From contig JBEKII010000003.1 in assembly GCA_050011835.1 (NCBI GenBank), forward strand, positions 39,842 to 103,841: DNA of 64,000 bases, given 5' to 3'. Position numbers and translations under genes: made by a program. Positions 29,012 to 38,490 of this stretch are shown in pieces. The notes below the pieces were generated by a model that had not been told where the DNA came from, did not search any database, and saw only the letters and a program-made list of their open reading frames with translations. The stretch comes from Minisyncoccia bacterium. Lineage in GTDB: Bacteria > Patescibacteriota > Minisyncoccia > Phycocordibacterales > Phycocordibacteraceae. Positions within the stretch are counted from its first letter, which is position 1. The number at the start of each line of letters is the position of its first letter.

Positions 29012-30289
29012 ATGGAAAAAGGAATAGGCAAAGGAATGTACGAACTCATAGAACGACTGTTTCCTCTCTGTAGAAGCATCACAGGACCCGGCACAAGGGA
29101 AACATTAAGAATAATTCAAAAGTCCATCCCGATTCAGATATATGAGGTGCCGACAGGGACAAAAGTGTTCGATTGGACCGTTCCTAAAGAATGGAATATA
29201 AGGGATGCATATATAATGGATGCAGAAGGGAAAAAAATTGTTGACTTCAAGAAAAACAATCTTCATATTGTCGGGTATTCTGTCCCGGTCAACAAACGTA
29301 TTTCTCTTTCAGAACTGCAAGAGCACTTATATTCGCTCCCGGACCAGCCAGAGGCCATTCCTTATGTTACTTCGTATTATGAAGAAAGATGGGGCTTTTG
29401 TATTTCGCAGATAGTCAGAGAAAAGCTTAAAGAAGGGGAATATACCGTTTTTATTGACAGCGAATTAAAAGACGGCTCATTGACGTACGGTGAACTTATC
29501 ATTCGCGGGGAATCTAAAAAAGAAATTTTCATCTCAACGTATGTATGCCATCCCTCAATGGCGAATAATGAACTCTCTGGCCCCGCGGTGACGACATTTT
29601 TAGCGAAATGGATTTTGAGCAAACCAAGGCGGTTTACGTATCGCATCATATTTATACCTGAAACCATTGGTTCGATAACCTATTTAAGAAAAAATATAAA
29701 AGTGATGAAAAGGAATACAATCGCCGGTTTTAACGTAACATGTGTCGGCGATAATAGAGCATACAGTTATCTTCCAACGAGAGCCGGCGACACCTATACC
29801 GATAGAGTTGCCTTAAATGTACTGTTATTTAAACAACCAGATTTTATTACATACTCTTTTCTTGATAGAGGAAGTGATGAACGACAATACAATGCGCCGG
29901 GAATTGATCTCCCCGTTTGTTCTGTGATGAGAAGCAAATACGGAACATATCCGGAATACCATACGTCATTGGATAATCTAAATGTGGTGAACCCGGAAGG
30001 ATTGTCAGGAGCGTATGAAATATTGAGAGAATGCCTCACGCTTATTGAAGAAAACCGCACATATAAAATAAACTGTTTGGGAGAACCGCAACTGGGGAAA
30101 AGAGGGTTATATCCCACCATCAGCACAAAATCTTCCGGGAATGAAGTAACAAACATCATGAATTTTATCGCTTATGCTGATGGGGAAAATGATCTACTAG
30201 ATATCAGCAATGAAACGAAAACCCCGGTGTGGGAGTTATATCCAATTATTGGAAAATTAATGAAAGCGGGTTTATTGACAATAGTTTGA
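29012..30289 (+). CDS. DUF4910/DUF2172 M28-peptidase-like glycan biosynthesis protein
   Basis: RSITGPG, FDWTVPKEW, PYVTSYY, CHPSMANNELSGP, PETIG, RGSDERQY, YHTSLD. Confidence 0.9.
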   Translation: MEKGIGKGMYELIERLFPLCRSITGPGTRETLRIIQKSIPIQIYEVPTGTKVFDWTVPKEWNIRDAYIMDAEGKKIVDFKKNNLHIVGYSVPVNKRISLSELQEHLYSLPDQPEAIPYVTSYYEERWGFCISQIVREKLKEGEYTVFIDSELKDGSLTYGELIIRGESKKEIFISTYVCHPSMANNELSGPAVTTFLAKWILSKPRRFTYRIIFIPETIGSITYLRKNIKVMKRNTIAGFNVTCVGDNRAYSYLPTRAGDTYTDRVALNVLLFKQPDFITYSFLDRGSDERQYNAPGIDLPVCSVMRSKYGTYPEYHTSLDNLNVVNPEGLSGAYEILRECLTLIEENRTYKINCLGEPQLGKRGLYPTISTKSSGNEVTNIMNFIAYADGENDLLDISNETKTPVWELYPIIGKLMKAGLLTIV

Positions 30290-30350
30290 TTATTATCAAA
30301 AAATTATCACGTACTTGCTATAACAAAATATTTGTGTAATATTATTCTTT

Positions 30351-31364
30351 ATGAATCTTGAGCAGCTCAAGGGTAAAACGGTGTTGATTACCGGCGGCAC
30401 CGGTTCTTTTGGTAAGAATTTTGCCAAACACATTCTCGCCGGTTCAAAACTGAAAAAACTCATTATATTTTCTCGTGACGAATTGAAACAGTCGCAAATG
30501 GAAGCGGAGATACGCGACGAGCGCATTCGTTTTTTTATCGGCGATGTGCGCGACCTTTCGCGATTGGAACGGGCTTTCCACGGCGTCGATATCGTTATAC
30601 ATGCCGCAGCGCTCAAGCAGGTACCTGCGCTTGAATACAATCCATTTGAAGCGGTGAAAACGAACATTCTCGGCAGTCAGAACGTCATTGAAGCGGCGCT
30701 CGACCAAAATGTGAAGAAAGCCATACTTGTATCAACCGATAAGGCAGTGATGCCAATTAATCTTTACGGGTCTACCAAATTATGTGCCGAGAAGCTTTTC
30801 ATCGCGGGCAATGCATACAGTGCAGGGAAGACGCATTTCAGCGTCGTCCGATACGGAAATGTTGTCGGTAGTCGCGGTAGTGTCATTGAAAAGTTGATGC
30901 TGAATAAAGATGCGCGCACCGTGCAAATAACCGACGAACGCATGACGCGTTTTTGGATAGACCTGAAGCAGGCGTTTCGCATTGTCCTATTCGCTCTGGA
31001 ACATATGGAGGGAGGAGAAATATTTATACCAAAAGCGCTATCAATGAAATTAACGGATCTTTTTGGTGTCCTTGCACCAAAAGCGAAACAGGACGTCATC
31101 GGTATTCGTCCGGGAGAGAAAGTGCACGAGGTATTGCTGACGAAAGAAGAGGCGCGCCACGCAGTGGGGCTTGAGGACTATTTTGTCATTTTGCCGGAAA
31201 ATATCAGCTCACTGAAACAAAAAAAAGGACTTCAGAAATTCCTGAAGCGAGGCAAACTGCTGAAATCCGATTTCCAGTTTTCGAGTAATGAGAGCGCCAA
31301 ACGCCTGTCGCAAAAGACGCTTCTTCGTCTGGTTGAGCAAATGGAAAGAACCTTGAGTCGCTAA
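30351..31364 (+). CDS. pseB: UDP-N-acetylglucosamine 4,6-dehydratase (inverting)
   Basis: TGGTGSFG, SRDELKQ, HAAALKQVP, STDKA, NLYGSTK, RYGNVVGSRGSV, MTRFW, GIRPGEK. Confidence 0.92.
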   Translation: MNLEQLKGKTVLITGGTGSFGKNFAKHILAGSKLKKLIIFSRDELKQSQMEAEIRDERIRFFIGDVRDLSRLERAFHGVDIVIHAAALKQVPALEYNPFEAVKTNILGSQNVIEAALDQNVKKAILVSTDKAVMPINLYGSTKLCAEKLFIAGNAYSAGKTHFSVVRYGNVVGSRGSVIEKLMLNKDARTVQITDERMTRFWIDLKQAFRIVLFALEHMEGGEIFIPKALSMKLTDLFGVLAPKAKQDVIGIRPGEKVHEVLLTKEEARHAVGLEDYFVILPENISSLKQKKGLQKFLKRGKLLKSDFQFSSNESAKRLSQKTLLRLVEQMERTLSR

Positions 31365-32506
31365 TGATTCCTTACTCCACACAAAACATTAATGAGGAGG
31401 ATATCAAAGCGGTCGTGAAAGTACTGCGTTCAGGCTGGCTGACTCAAGGTCCCGCTATTGTGAGATTTGAAAAAGCCATTGCAAAAAAAGTTGGCACAAA
31501 ATTTGCGGTCGCTTTTAACTCCGGAACCGCCGCACTCCACGCAGCATATTTCGCCGCTGGAATAGGGAAGGAAGGTGAAGTCATCGTCCCCGCGCTTACC
31601 TTTGCCGCGACTGCCAATGCCGCGCTCTATCTCGGAGCGAAACCCGTCTTTGCGGATGTTGATCCCGAGACGGGGAACATGAGCGTGAGCGATGCGCGCA
31701 AAAAGATAACAAAAAAGACAAAAGCAATTATATCGGTCGACTATGGCGGCCGGCCGGCAGATTTGCGCGAATTCCGCGCACTTACAAAAAAACACAACCT
31801 TATTTTCATTGAGGATGCCGCACAAGCGTTTGGCGCGGAATATCGGGGTAAACCGGTTGGCACGCAAGCGGACATGACGATGTTCAGCTTTCATCCGGTA
31901 AAGTCCATTACCACGGGCGAGGGAGGCAGTATCGTGACGAACAGTCCAGTGTTTGAGGCGAGGCTTAAACTATTTCGCAGTCATGGTATCAGTAAAGACC
32001 CGAAAACATTTGCGCGGAAGAATTATGACGCATGGTATCAGGAAATGCAGGCGCTTGGATTCAATTATCGCATGCCAGAAATGTCCGCGGCTCTCGGCGA
32101 AAGCCAGTTGAGGCGCCTTGATTCTTTTATTGCAAAACGCCGCACGGTCGCTAAACGATATCAAAAGATATTAGAGAAGATTCCAAATCTCATGCTCCCG
32201 CCAGCCGAACGTGTTTATGAGAAATCAGCTTGGCATCTTTATCCGGTACGGCTTGCACCGAAAATTGCACGAAAGCGCGATGAAGTTTTTGCTAAAATGC
32301 GTAAGGCGGGTATTGGCGTACAAGTACATCATGTACCGGTCTACCGGCATCTTTTTTATGAAAAAATTGGTTACAAGAAAGGTCTTTGCCCCATCACCGA
32401 GACTTTCGTCGCATCCGAAATTTCTATCCCACTTTCCCCGAATATCACGCAGAAGCAACAAAAGTTTATCGCCACGACGCTGAAACATATTTTGGAATCC
32501 CTATGA
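31364..32506 (+). CDS. pseC: UDP-4-keto-6-deoxy-HexNAc aminotransferase (DegT family)
   Basis: MIPYSTQ, LTQGP, NSGTAALH, FSFHPVKSITTGEGG, LGFNYR; directly after pseB. Confidence 0.88.
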   Translation: MIPYSTQNINEEDIKAVVKVLRSGWLTQGPAIVRFEKAIAKKVGTKFAVAFNSGTAALHAAYFAAGIGKEGEVIVPALTFAATANAALYLGAKPVFADVDPETGNMSVSDARKKITKKTKAIISVDYGGRPADLREFRALTKKHNLIFIEDAAQAFGAEYRGKPVGTQADMTMFSFHPVKSITTGEGGSIVTNSPVFEARLKLFRSHGISKDPKTFARKNYDAWYQEMQALGFNYRMPEMSAALGESQLRRLDSFIAKRRTVAKRYQKILEKIPNLMLPPAERVYEKSAWHLYPVRLAPKIARKRDEVFAKMRKAGIGVQVHHVPVYRHLFYEKIGYKKGLCPITETFVASEISIPLSPNITQKQQKFIATTLKHILESL

Positions 32507-33591
32507 AAATTCTCGTCGTCAGCGAAACGCCATCGAGCTTCTATTTAAAATACCTCACCTTATTTGTGAGGGCGCTCGCCAGGCACCATAAAGTTTTTGT
32601 CCTCACTGGCCAACCGTACGCCGCCGCTTTCCCAAAGAGCGTGCGCAAGGTTGAATCTGCGCCGTTTGAGTATTGCGCGCGCAGCTTTGACGAACAGAGC
32701 TTTTTGGAAGTGTTCGCTCTTGCAAAAAAATTGCATGTACGGCACATCCATTTTTGCCGGTTGGTCTATCCACAACGTCTCTACGCGGCGCTCTCTACCG
32801 CGCCGGAACTTCGCGTGAAAATTTCCTTCTCCATATTTGGAATTACCGAGATTTATACTCGTCCGATATTCAAAAAGTATCTCGCGCTTCTCTCGCGACA
32901 CAAAGCGGTTGGCCGTATCCTGGTGCACTCTAATGAACCGCAAGGTACCGCGACGCGCCTCAAAAAAGAAAAAACCTTCCGCGTGAGCGTTCTCTCATGC
33001 GTGTACGATCCCATCTATGAAGACCCGCGCGCCTACCGCATCTCGCAGACGGCGGCTCGTAAGCGCCTCGGATTGCCGCGAAACAAAAAACTCGCGCTCT
33101 ACTTCGGGAATTTCTTTTTTTCTAAAGGAGCGGATATTCTTCTTAAAGCTGCACAGAAATTTCCCAATAAGAATGTCATGTTCGTATTTGCCGGTAACAC
33201 CACAAGCGCTAACTTCGCGCTTAACCGCAAGGATTTTAACCGCAAGAATATTATCCTCGACGACCGCTTTATCCCCGAAGATGAAGCTGTGTTCTATTTG
33301 CGAGCCGCCGACGTGGTAGTGCTTCCATATCGCCGATTTTACAAAGACGGGACGAGCGGGCTTCTCGTGCAGGCAGCACTCGCCGAACGCCCCGCGATGG
33401 TGCCGGACATATTTCCTTTCAATGCCGTGGTGCGCACGTACAAAACAGGAATGGTCTTTACTCTTGAATCGCCTTCTGCGCTCGCTCGCTCGATCGCCCA
33501 AGCGCTCACGAGTGAAGGAAGGGGCGGATACGCACGCTATATTCATGAGATTGAGAGTTGGAAGGAACTTGCAAAAGCGGCTCTGATGTAA
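32503..33591 (+). CDS. Glycosyltransferase family 4-like
   Basis: YFGNFFFSKG, ADVVVLPY, SGLLVQA. Confidence 0.8.
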   Translation: MKILVVSETPSSFYLKYLTLFVRALARHHKVFVLTGQPYAAAFPKSVRKVESAPFEYCARSFDEQSFLEVFALAKKLHVRHIHFCRLVYPQRLYAALSTAPELRVKISFSIFGITEIYTRPIFKKYLALLSRHKAVGRILVHSNEPQGTATRLKKEKTFRVSVLSCVYDPIYEDPRAYRISQTAARKRLGLPRNKKLALYFGNFFFSKGADILLKAAQKFPNKNVMFVFAGNTTSANFALNRKDFNRKNIILDDRFIPEDEAVFYLRAADVVVLPYRRFYKDGTSGLLVQAALAERPAMVPDIFPFNAVVRTYKTGMVFTLESPSALARSIAQALTSEGRGGYARYIHEIESWKELAKAALM

Positions 33592-33611
33592 TAAAGTATT
33601 TGATTATATAT

Positions 33612-34664
33612 ATGTTTGACCCCTACAATTCCGGCTTTTGGAAGGGCAAGAAAGTTCTCGTGACAGGAGGAGCTTCCTTTATTGGAAGCCACCTCTGCGA
33701 GCGCCTCGTTGACGCAGGTTCAATCGTGCGAGTCGCAGATGATTTCTCTTCCGGCAAACGCAAGAATCTTTCTTCAATCGCCAAGAAAATACGGATATAT
33801 AAAGGCGATTTGCGTGAACGCCCATTTGCGGAGAAGGTAATGAAGGGTATAGATATCGTTTTCCATCTTGCGGCGAGTCACGGCGGCCGCGGTTTTATCC
33901 ATACGCACCCGGTTGAATGCTCAACCAATTTAATTCTCGATGGCGTTGTCTTCGCTGCAGCACACAAGGCAAAAGTGGACCGTATTTGTTTCGCTTCTTC
34001 AGCATGCGTCTATCCTTCGCATCTGCAGGACTCGCGCGTGGACGGCACTAAAATATTTTTGCGGGAAGAGGACGCACATCATTTTGAACAGGGTAAGGCG
34101 AATGCTGACTTGGAATATGGCTGGGCAAAATTTATGGGCGAGATGGTGCTCAACGCCTACTACAAACAGTACGGGCAGAAAAGCGTCTCATGCCGGATTT
34201 TCACCGCGTACGGTGAGCGGGAGAACGAGACCCACGCGGTCGTTGCCTTCATCGCCCGCGCATTTATCGGTATGGACCCATACATTATCTGGGGCACGGG
34301 CGAACAAGACCGCAATTTTACCTATGTGGGCGATACGGTGGAAGGGCTCATGCGTGCGTGTGAGCGGATAACCGACGGGAGCCCCATCAACGTCGGCACC
34401 GCCGAGCACATCACCGTCAACGACGCTGTTGCTGAAGTATTTTCAATCATAGGTTTTACGCCGAAAAAAATTAAGCGCGATCTCACGAAACCTGTAGGAG
34501 TGTTTAGCCGCGCGGCGGACACCACCCGAAATCGCGCGCTCCTGAAGTGGGAACCCAAAACAAGTTTTACCGAAGGATTCCGCCGCACTATCAGCTGGTA
34601 TACCGCCACCAAAGATAAGAAATATGTTCGGGCTAACCTAGAGCGGCTTCTCAACGAGCGTTAA
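33612..34664 (+). CDS. NAD-dependent nucleotide-sugar epimerase (GDP-mannose 3,5-epimerase-like)
   Basis: VTGGASFIGS, HLAASHGGRG, ASSACVYP, YGWAK, WGTGEQDR. Confidence 0.85.
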   Translation: MFDPYNSGFWKGKKVLVTGGASFIGSHLCERLVDAGSIVRVADDFSSGKRKNLSSIAKKIRIYKGDLRERPFAEKVMKGIDIVFHLAASHGGRGFIHTHPVECSTNLILDGVVFAAAHKAKVDRICFASSACVYPSHLQDSRVDGTKIFLREEDAHHFEQGKANADLEYGWAKFMGEMVLNAYYKQYGQKSVSCRIFTAYGERENETHAVVAFIARAFIGMDPYIIWGTGEQDRNFTYVGDTVEGLMRACERITDGSPINVGTAEHITVNDAVAEVFSIIGFTPKKIKRDLTKPVGVFSRAADTTRNRALLKWEPKTSFTEGFRRTISWYTATKDKKYVRANLERLLNER

Positions 34665-34669
34665 CGCGC

Positions 34670-34740
34670 TTGACAAAACATGGCTATCTGCTATGCTGAA
34701 TAGCAGAGTTTTCTGGTCATTAAATTAAGCGAAGAGGAGG
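34670..34740 (+). promoter_or_regulatory. sigma70 promoter and SD of the NUDIX gene
   Basis: TTGACA(34670)-16 nt-TATGCT with a TGn extension; GAGGAGG before the ATG. Confidence 0.7.
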
Positions 34741-34747
34741 AAATGTC

Positions 34748-35227
34748 ATGAGAATGACAAATAGTCAGTATGCAGAGGTTTTTGACAGGACCTCGGGATT
34801 GGGAGTTGTCCGAGCCTGTGTTGACCTTGTCGTCACAAGCCAGAAAGGGATCGCGCTCGTTAAGCGCAGCATCCCACCACAGGTCGGTGCCTGGCACTTG
34901 CCTGGTGGCAAGATCGAGAGCGGCGAAAGCTTTGAAGAGTTCGCCGCCAGAACAGCACATCACGACCTCGGCATAGAAGTCGAGATTGTCGGCGCGGTCG
35001 GCGGTATGAATTTTCCCGCCGAGAAGTCGACCATGGAAATCGATGGCGTGGAGTGCGAGATCATCGTCCACTCTATGTCAGTCGTTCTCCACTGCCGCGC
35101 GAAGTCATTGGACATTCGCGGCAGTGCGGAATGGAAGAACGTTGGGTGGTTCACCGCCGCACCAATCCCAGCGCATTCCATTCACATTCCGTGGCTTCTC
35201 GAGCACAGTTTCTTTACACCGGCTTGA
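34748..35227 (+). CDS. NUDIX hydrolase (GDP-mannose mannosyl hydrolase-like, degenerate Nudix box)
   Basis: CVDLVV, LVKR..P..G.WHLPGGKIESGESFEEFAARTAHHDLG. Confidence 0.82.
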   Translation: MRMTNSQYAEVFDRTSGLGVVRACVDLVVTSQKGIALVKRSIPPQVGAWHLPGGKIESGESFEEFAARTAHHDLGIEVEIVGAVGGMNFPAEKSTMEIDGVECEIIVHSMSVVLHCRAKSLDIRGSAEWKNVGWFTAAPIPAHSIHIPWLLEHSFFTPA

Positions 35228-35242
35228 TCCGGTGCTCACTGC

Positions 35243-35279
35243 AACGCTCGCCACATTCCGGTGGCGAGCGTTTTGATTT
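35243..35279 (+). terminator. Rho-independent terminator
   Basis: aacgctcgccac-attccg-gtggcgagcgtt followed by a T-rich tail. Confidence 0.75.
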
Positions 35280-35311
35280 GCAAAAGAATATAAATCTTGT
35301 ACTATCAGCGT

Positions 35312-36634
35312 ATGAAAAAGTCCCAAGGCACCGGGCAAAAGCTGTGGGAAAAGGCAAAGAAGCTCATTCCCGGCGGGAATCAGTTGCTTTCCAAGCGTGC
35401 GGAAATGTTTTTGCCGGAGCAATGGCCCGCTTATTATTCAAGAGCGAAAGGATGCGAAGTGTGGGATCTTGACGGTAATCGTTATGTAGATATGGGCAGA
35501 ATGGCGGTGGGGAGTTGCCTACTCGGTTATGCCGATCCGGATGTCAATAGGGCAGTGAAAGATGCGGTGGACCGCGGTTCAATGTCAACGCTGAATGCAC
35601 CCGAAGAAGTAGAACTTGCGGAGCTTTTGTGCAAAATACATCCTTGGGCGCATATGGCGCGCTTCGCGCGCGGTGGAGGAGAAGCAATGGCTATCGCGGT
35701 GCGCATCGCGCGCGCCTCTACCGGTCGTGACATCATTGCTTTTTGCGGTTATCACGGTTGGGCCGATTGGTATCTGGCGACAAATCTCGGTACAACCGAT
35801 GGGCTCAAAGAACATCTGCTCGCCGGGCTTGAAGCAAAAGGCGTACCGCAAGGGTTGCGCGGCAGTATTTTCCCTTTTCGCTACAATCATTTTGAAGAGC
35901 TTGAAGCGATCGTTAAGCACGCGGGCTCGCGACTTGCGGCGATTGTCATGGAACCGCTCCATAACGAAGAACCGAGAAATGATTTTCTTAAAAAAATTCG
36001 CACAATCGCCGACAGAGCCGGCGCTGCTCTTATTTTTGATGAAGTATCAATCGGCTGGAAGCTCACTTACGGAGGTGCACATCTTATATACGGTGTCAAT
36101 CCCGATATCGCCGTTTTCAGCAAAGCGATGAGCAACGGCTTCCCGATGGCGGCGGTTATCGGCACGCGCTCCGTGATGCAGGCGGCGCAGAATACTTTTA
36201 TATCAAGTACCTACTGGACTGACCGTACCGGCCCTGTAGCGGCACTTGCAACGCTTAAGAAAATGAAGAGATTGAATGTGCCGAAACGTATCGCCGCCGC
36301 GGCCGCGCAGATGCGCGCGGGCTGGGCAAGCATAGCAGAAAAACATGGACTGAAAATCAAAATCAGTGGACCGGTCGCCTATAATACGTTCTCTTTCCTC
36401 TCTGAAGACACACAGGCGCTGAGAACGCTCTTTACGCAGGAAATGCTTGAACGCGGATTTCTCGCGTCAACCGAATTCAATCCTTCCTGTGCCCATACTT
36501 CCGCGCATATCAAACGCTACATTCGTGCGCTCGACAACGTATTCGCCGAGATTCGTAAAGCAATAGACACTAACTCCGTACATAAACGTCTCAAAGGACC
36601 AATCGCACATTCCAACTTTGAACGTCTGAACTAA
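35312..36634 (+). CDS. Class III PLP aminotransferase (GSA-aminomutase-like, glycan-locus type)
   Basis: IPGGNQLLSK, WDLDGNRYVD, GYHGW, LIFDEV, FSKAMSNGFP. Confidence 0.88.
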   Translation: MKKSQGTGQKLWEKAKKLIPGGNQLLSKRAEMFLPEQWPAYYSRAKGCEVWDLDGNRYVDMGRMAVGSCLLGYADPDVNRAVKDAVDRGSMSTLNAPEEVELAELLCKIHPWAHMARFARGGGEAMAIAVRIARASTGRDIIAFCGYHGWADWYLATNLGTTDGLKEHLLAGLEAKGVPQGLRGSIFPFRYNHFEELEAIVKHAGSRLAAIVMEPLHNEEPRNDFLKKIRTIADRAGAALIFDEVSIGWKLTYGGAHLIYGVNPDIAVFSKAMSNGFPMAAVIGTRSVMQAAQNTFISSTYWTDRTGPVAALATLKKMKRLNVPKRIAAAAAQMRAGWASIAEKHGLKIKISGPVAYNTFSFLSEDTQALRTLFTQEMLERGFLASTEFNPSCAHTSAHIKRYIRALDNVFAEIRKAIDTNSVHKRLKGPIAHSNFERLN

Positions 36635-36668
36635 TAAAAAAGTGGGCGAAGCTCGCGCTTCGCCCACT
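36635..36668. terminator. Terminator hairpin between convergent genes
   Basis: A-tract, then agtgggcgaagc-tcgc-gcttcgcccact (12-bp stem). Confidence 0.8.
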
Positions 36669-36682
36669 AAGGCGTTTGTTGA

Positions 36683-37286
36683 CTAATGACGCAGCCGCAG
36701 CATCGCGTCTATCTGCCCATAAGTTTTCACGAGAATGTCCTTTTGTTTACAGAACTTTAGGATTTCCTCGTGCATCTGGAGTTTCGGATCGTAATAGGGG
36801 ACAACATGCGGATGGAAGACGAGGGGGACAAATACCGTTTTCTCCACCTCATTCGCACGACGAAGCGCCTCTTCTAAGAGCTGAATGTAATATCCATTCA
36901 TTTTTGTTCCTCGAACGCTGAAGCTCTCTTCTTCCTCGTCAAAGACTAAAAGCTTTGTTGGTTGTACGAAGTGCACATCATAGGCACCGACCGCGGGAAT
37001 TTCGAGAATGTCCCCGAATCCTTCTTTGCTGTAGAAGAACGATGTCGTATTCTCGCCGGGCACGTTCCACTCTCGCTGTCCTGCCTTAAGCCATGAAGAC
37101 ACGTACCGAAGCCCATTGTTTCGTATCGCCTGAAGTATTTCGCGATTTTCGGAACCGAAGGGCTGAACATTTCCCATAGGCGTGCGCAACCCTATTGGTT
37201 GGACGCCAAGCCAGCGCACGATCGTTTCATTCGCTTTCCGTAACTGTTCGTTGGCCTCGGAGCCGACAATCGTTCGCGAAAGTTTC
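36683..37286 (-). pseudogene. Polysaccharide deacetylase (CE4-like), 5'-truncated at the IS481 end
   Basis: GLRTP, GLRYVSS, LEIP, LVFHP motifs are present; the N-terminal D/H-H metal motifs are absent; frame is open up to the IS boundary. Confidence 0.72.
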
Positions 37287-38320
37287 TGTAATACCTAACA
37301 TACCTCTTGAACACTTTTGAGCGGTGATTGTAACACGACCGACGAGACGTGATTTTGAAGTTTTTGCATAAGGTATTCTTTCGGCGTCTTTCCCTTAAGC
37401 GCCATGTGCGGACGTCTCTCATTGTACTCCCGCTCCCATCCTTGCAAGAGGCGTATGCAATGCTGGATTGATACGAAGCGGTTGATCCCATAGAATTCTT
37501 CTCCATCGGTGCGGTGCGACCGCTCCACCTTGCCGTTCTCTTCGGGAGAACGGATCTTAATTTTGCGATGGCTGATACCAAGGTCCTGCAAATGCCAGGA
37601 GAACTGTTCCGAAAACTCGGAGCCGTTGTCGGTCTGAATTTGTTTGATGGCGAACGGAAGTGCTTTTTGCACCTTGTCCACGAAATCAGCCGCATTCTTC
37701 ACGGTGTTGTGATCATAGATGCGGAGGACTCGGTATCTCGTGCAGTCATCGATGGCGGTGAACTGATAGTATCGCTTGCCCGCAAATGCTTCGGAATTAA
37801 GGAATTTAACGTCAACTTGTAGTCGATCACCCGGGAGTGGTTTTTCGTATCGTTGCGGATAGCGTTGCCATTTCTTCCTGTACGTCAGGCGGTTGAGACT
37901 GTGTTCTTTGTAGAGGCGCCAGATAGTGGTTTTGGAGACGAACCAGTTGTACTTCTGCTTCAGATGATACGACATGCGAACCGGACCGTACCCACGCTGA
38001 AGCCGTAGCTCGATAATCTTTTCTCGCACATCCTTTGGGAGCCATCGGTGAATTTTGTACGGTCGACACGACTTCGAGCGCAGCCCTTCTTCTCCGAGGC
38101 TCAGGTACCGGTGGTACCAGAAGTAGAAGGTGCCCCTCGCAATGCCGAAGTACCGGCATGTCGGGGCCACTTTCTTGGTGATGTTTTGATAACACTCGAT
38201 CCAGCGCAGGCGCTGTTGAGCACGAGGATCGTTAAGTACTTTTCTCGTTTCCATACTTTGTGGGTGAAAGTTGATAATTTTCGCTCACACAAAGTGTACA
38301 GGAGGTGGTGGGACACTATA
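37287..38320 (-). mobile_element. IS481-family insertion sequence (~1.03 kb)
   Basis: Imperfect terminal IRs: TGTAATACCTAACATACCTCTTGAACACTTT versus AAAGTGTACAGGAGGTGGTGGGACACTATA; single transposase ORF. Confidence 0.85.
37295..38254 (-). CDS. IS481-family DDE transposase
   Basis: N-terminal HTH, PGDRLQVDVK, AIDDCTR, QTDNGSEF, NGKVERSH, YNERRPH. Confidence 0.93.
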   Translation of the reverse strand: METRKVLNDPRAQQRLRWIECYQNITKKVAPTCRYFGIARGTFYFWYHRYLSLGEEGLRSKSCRPYKIHRWLPKDVREKIIELRLQRGYGPVRMSYHLKQKYNWFVSKTTIWRLYKEHSLNRLTYRKKWQRYPQRYEKPLPGDRLQVDVKFLNSEAFAGKRYYQFTAIDDCTRYRVLRIYDHNTVKNAADFVDKVQKALPFAIKQIQTDNGSEFSEQFSWHLQDLGISHRKIKIRSPEENGKVERSHRTDGEEFYGINRFVSIQHCIRLLQGWEREYNERRPHMALKGKTPKEYLMQKLQNHVSSVVLQSPLKSVQEVC

Positions 38321-38398
38321 TTCGCAACACCCAGGCATTAAAGTTGCGAAGGTATTGAACCATTACGCTTGGCTGACAGGATGGGAAAAAGATGAAAG

Positions 38399-38438
38399 AA
38401 GAGCCGGACGGTAAAGACCTCCGGCTCTTTGTATTTTT
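38399..38438 (+). terminator. Terminator-like hairpin of a deleted upstream gene
   Basis: aagagccgga...tccggctctt followed by tgtattttt. Confidence 0.5.
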
Positions 38439-38490
38439 ATGTTATAATGTTAATACGATATCGACACATCATTTATTGAGCGATATGTAT

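Noticed and set aside
35312-36634. hemL
   Set aside because: No tetrapyrrole genes nearby; it lies within the nucleotide-sugar locus, so no symbol was assigned
37286-37297. Programmed transposase-deacetylase readthrough fusion (the transposase TAG is in frame with the remnant)
   Set aside because: A one-in-three chance coincidence with no supporting signal
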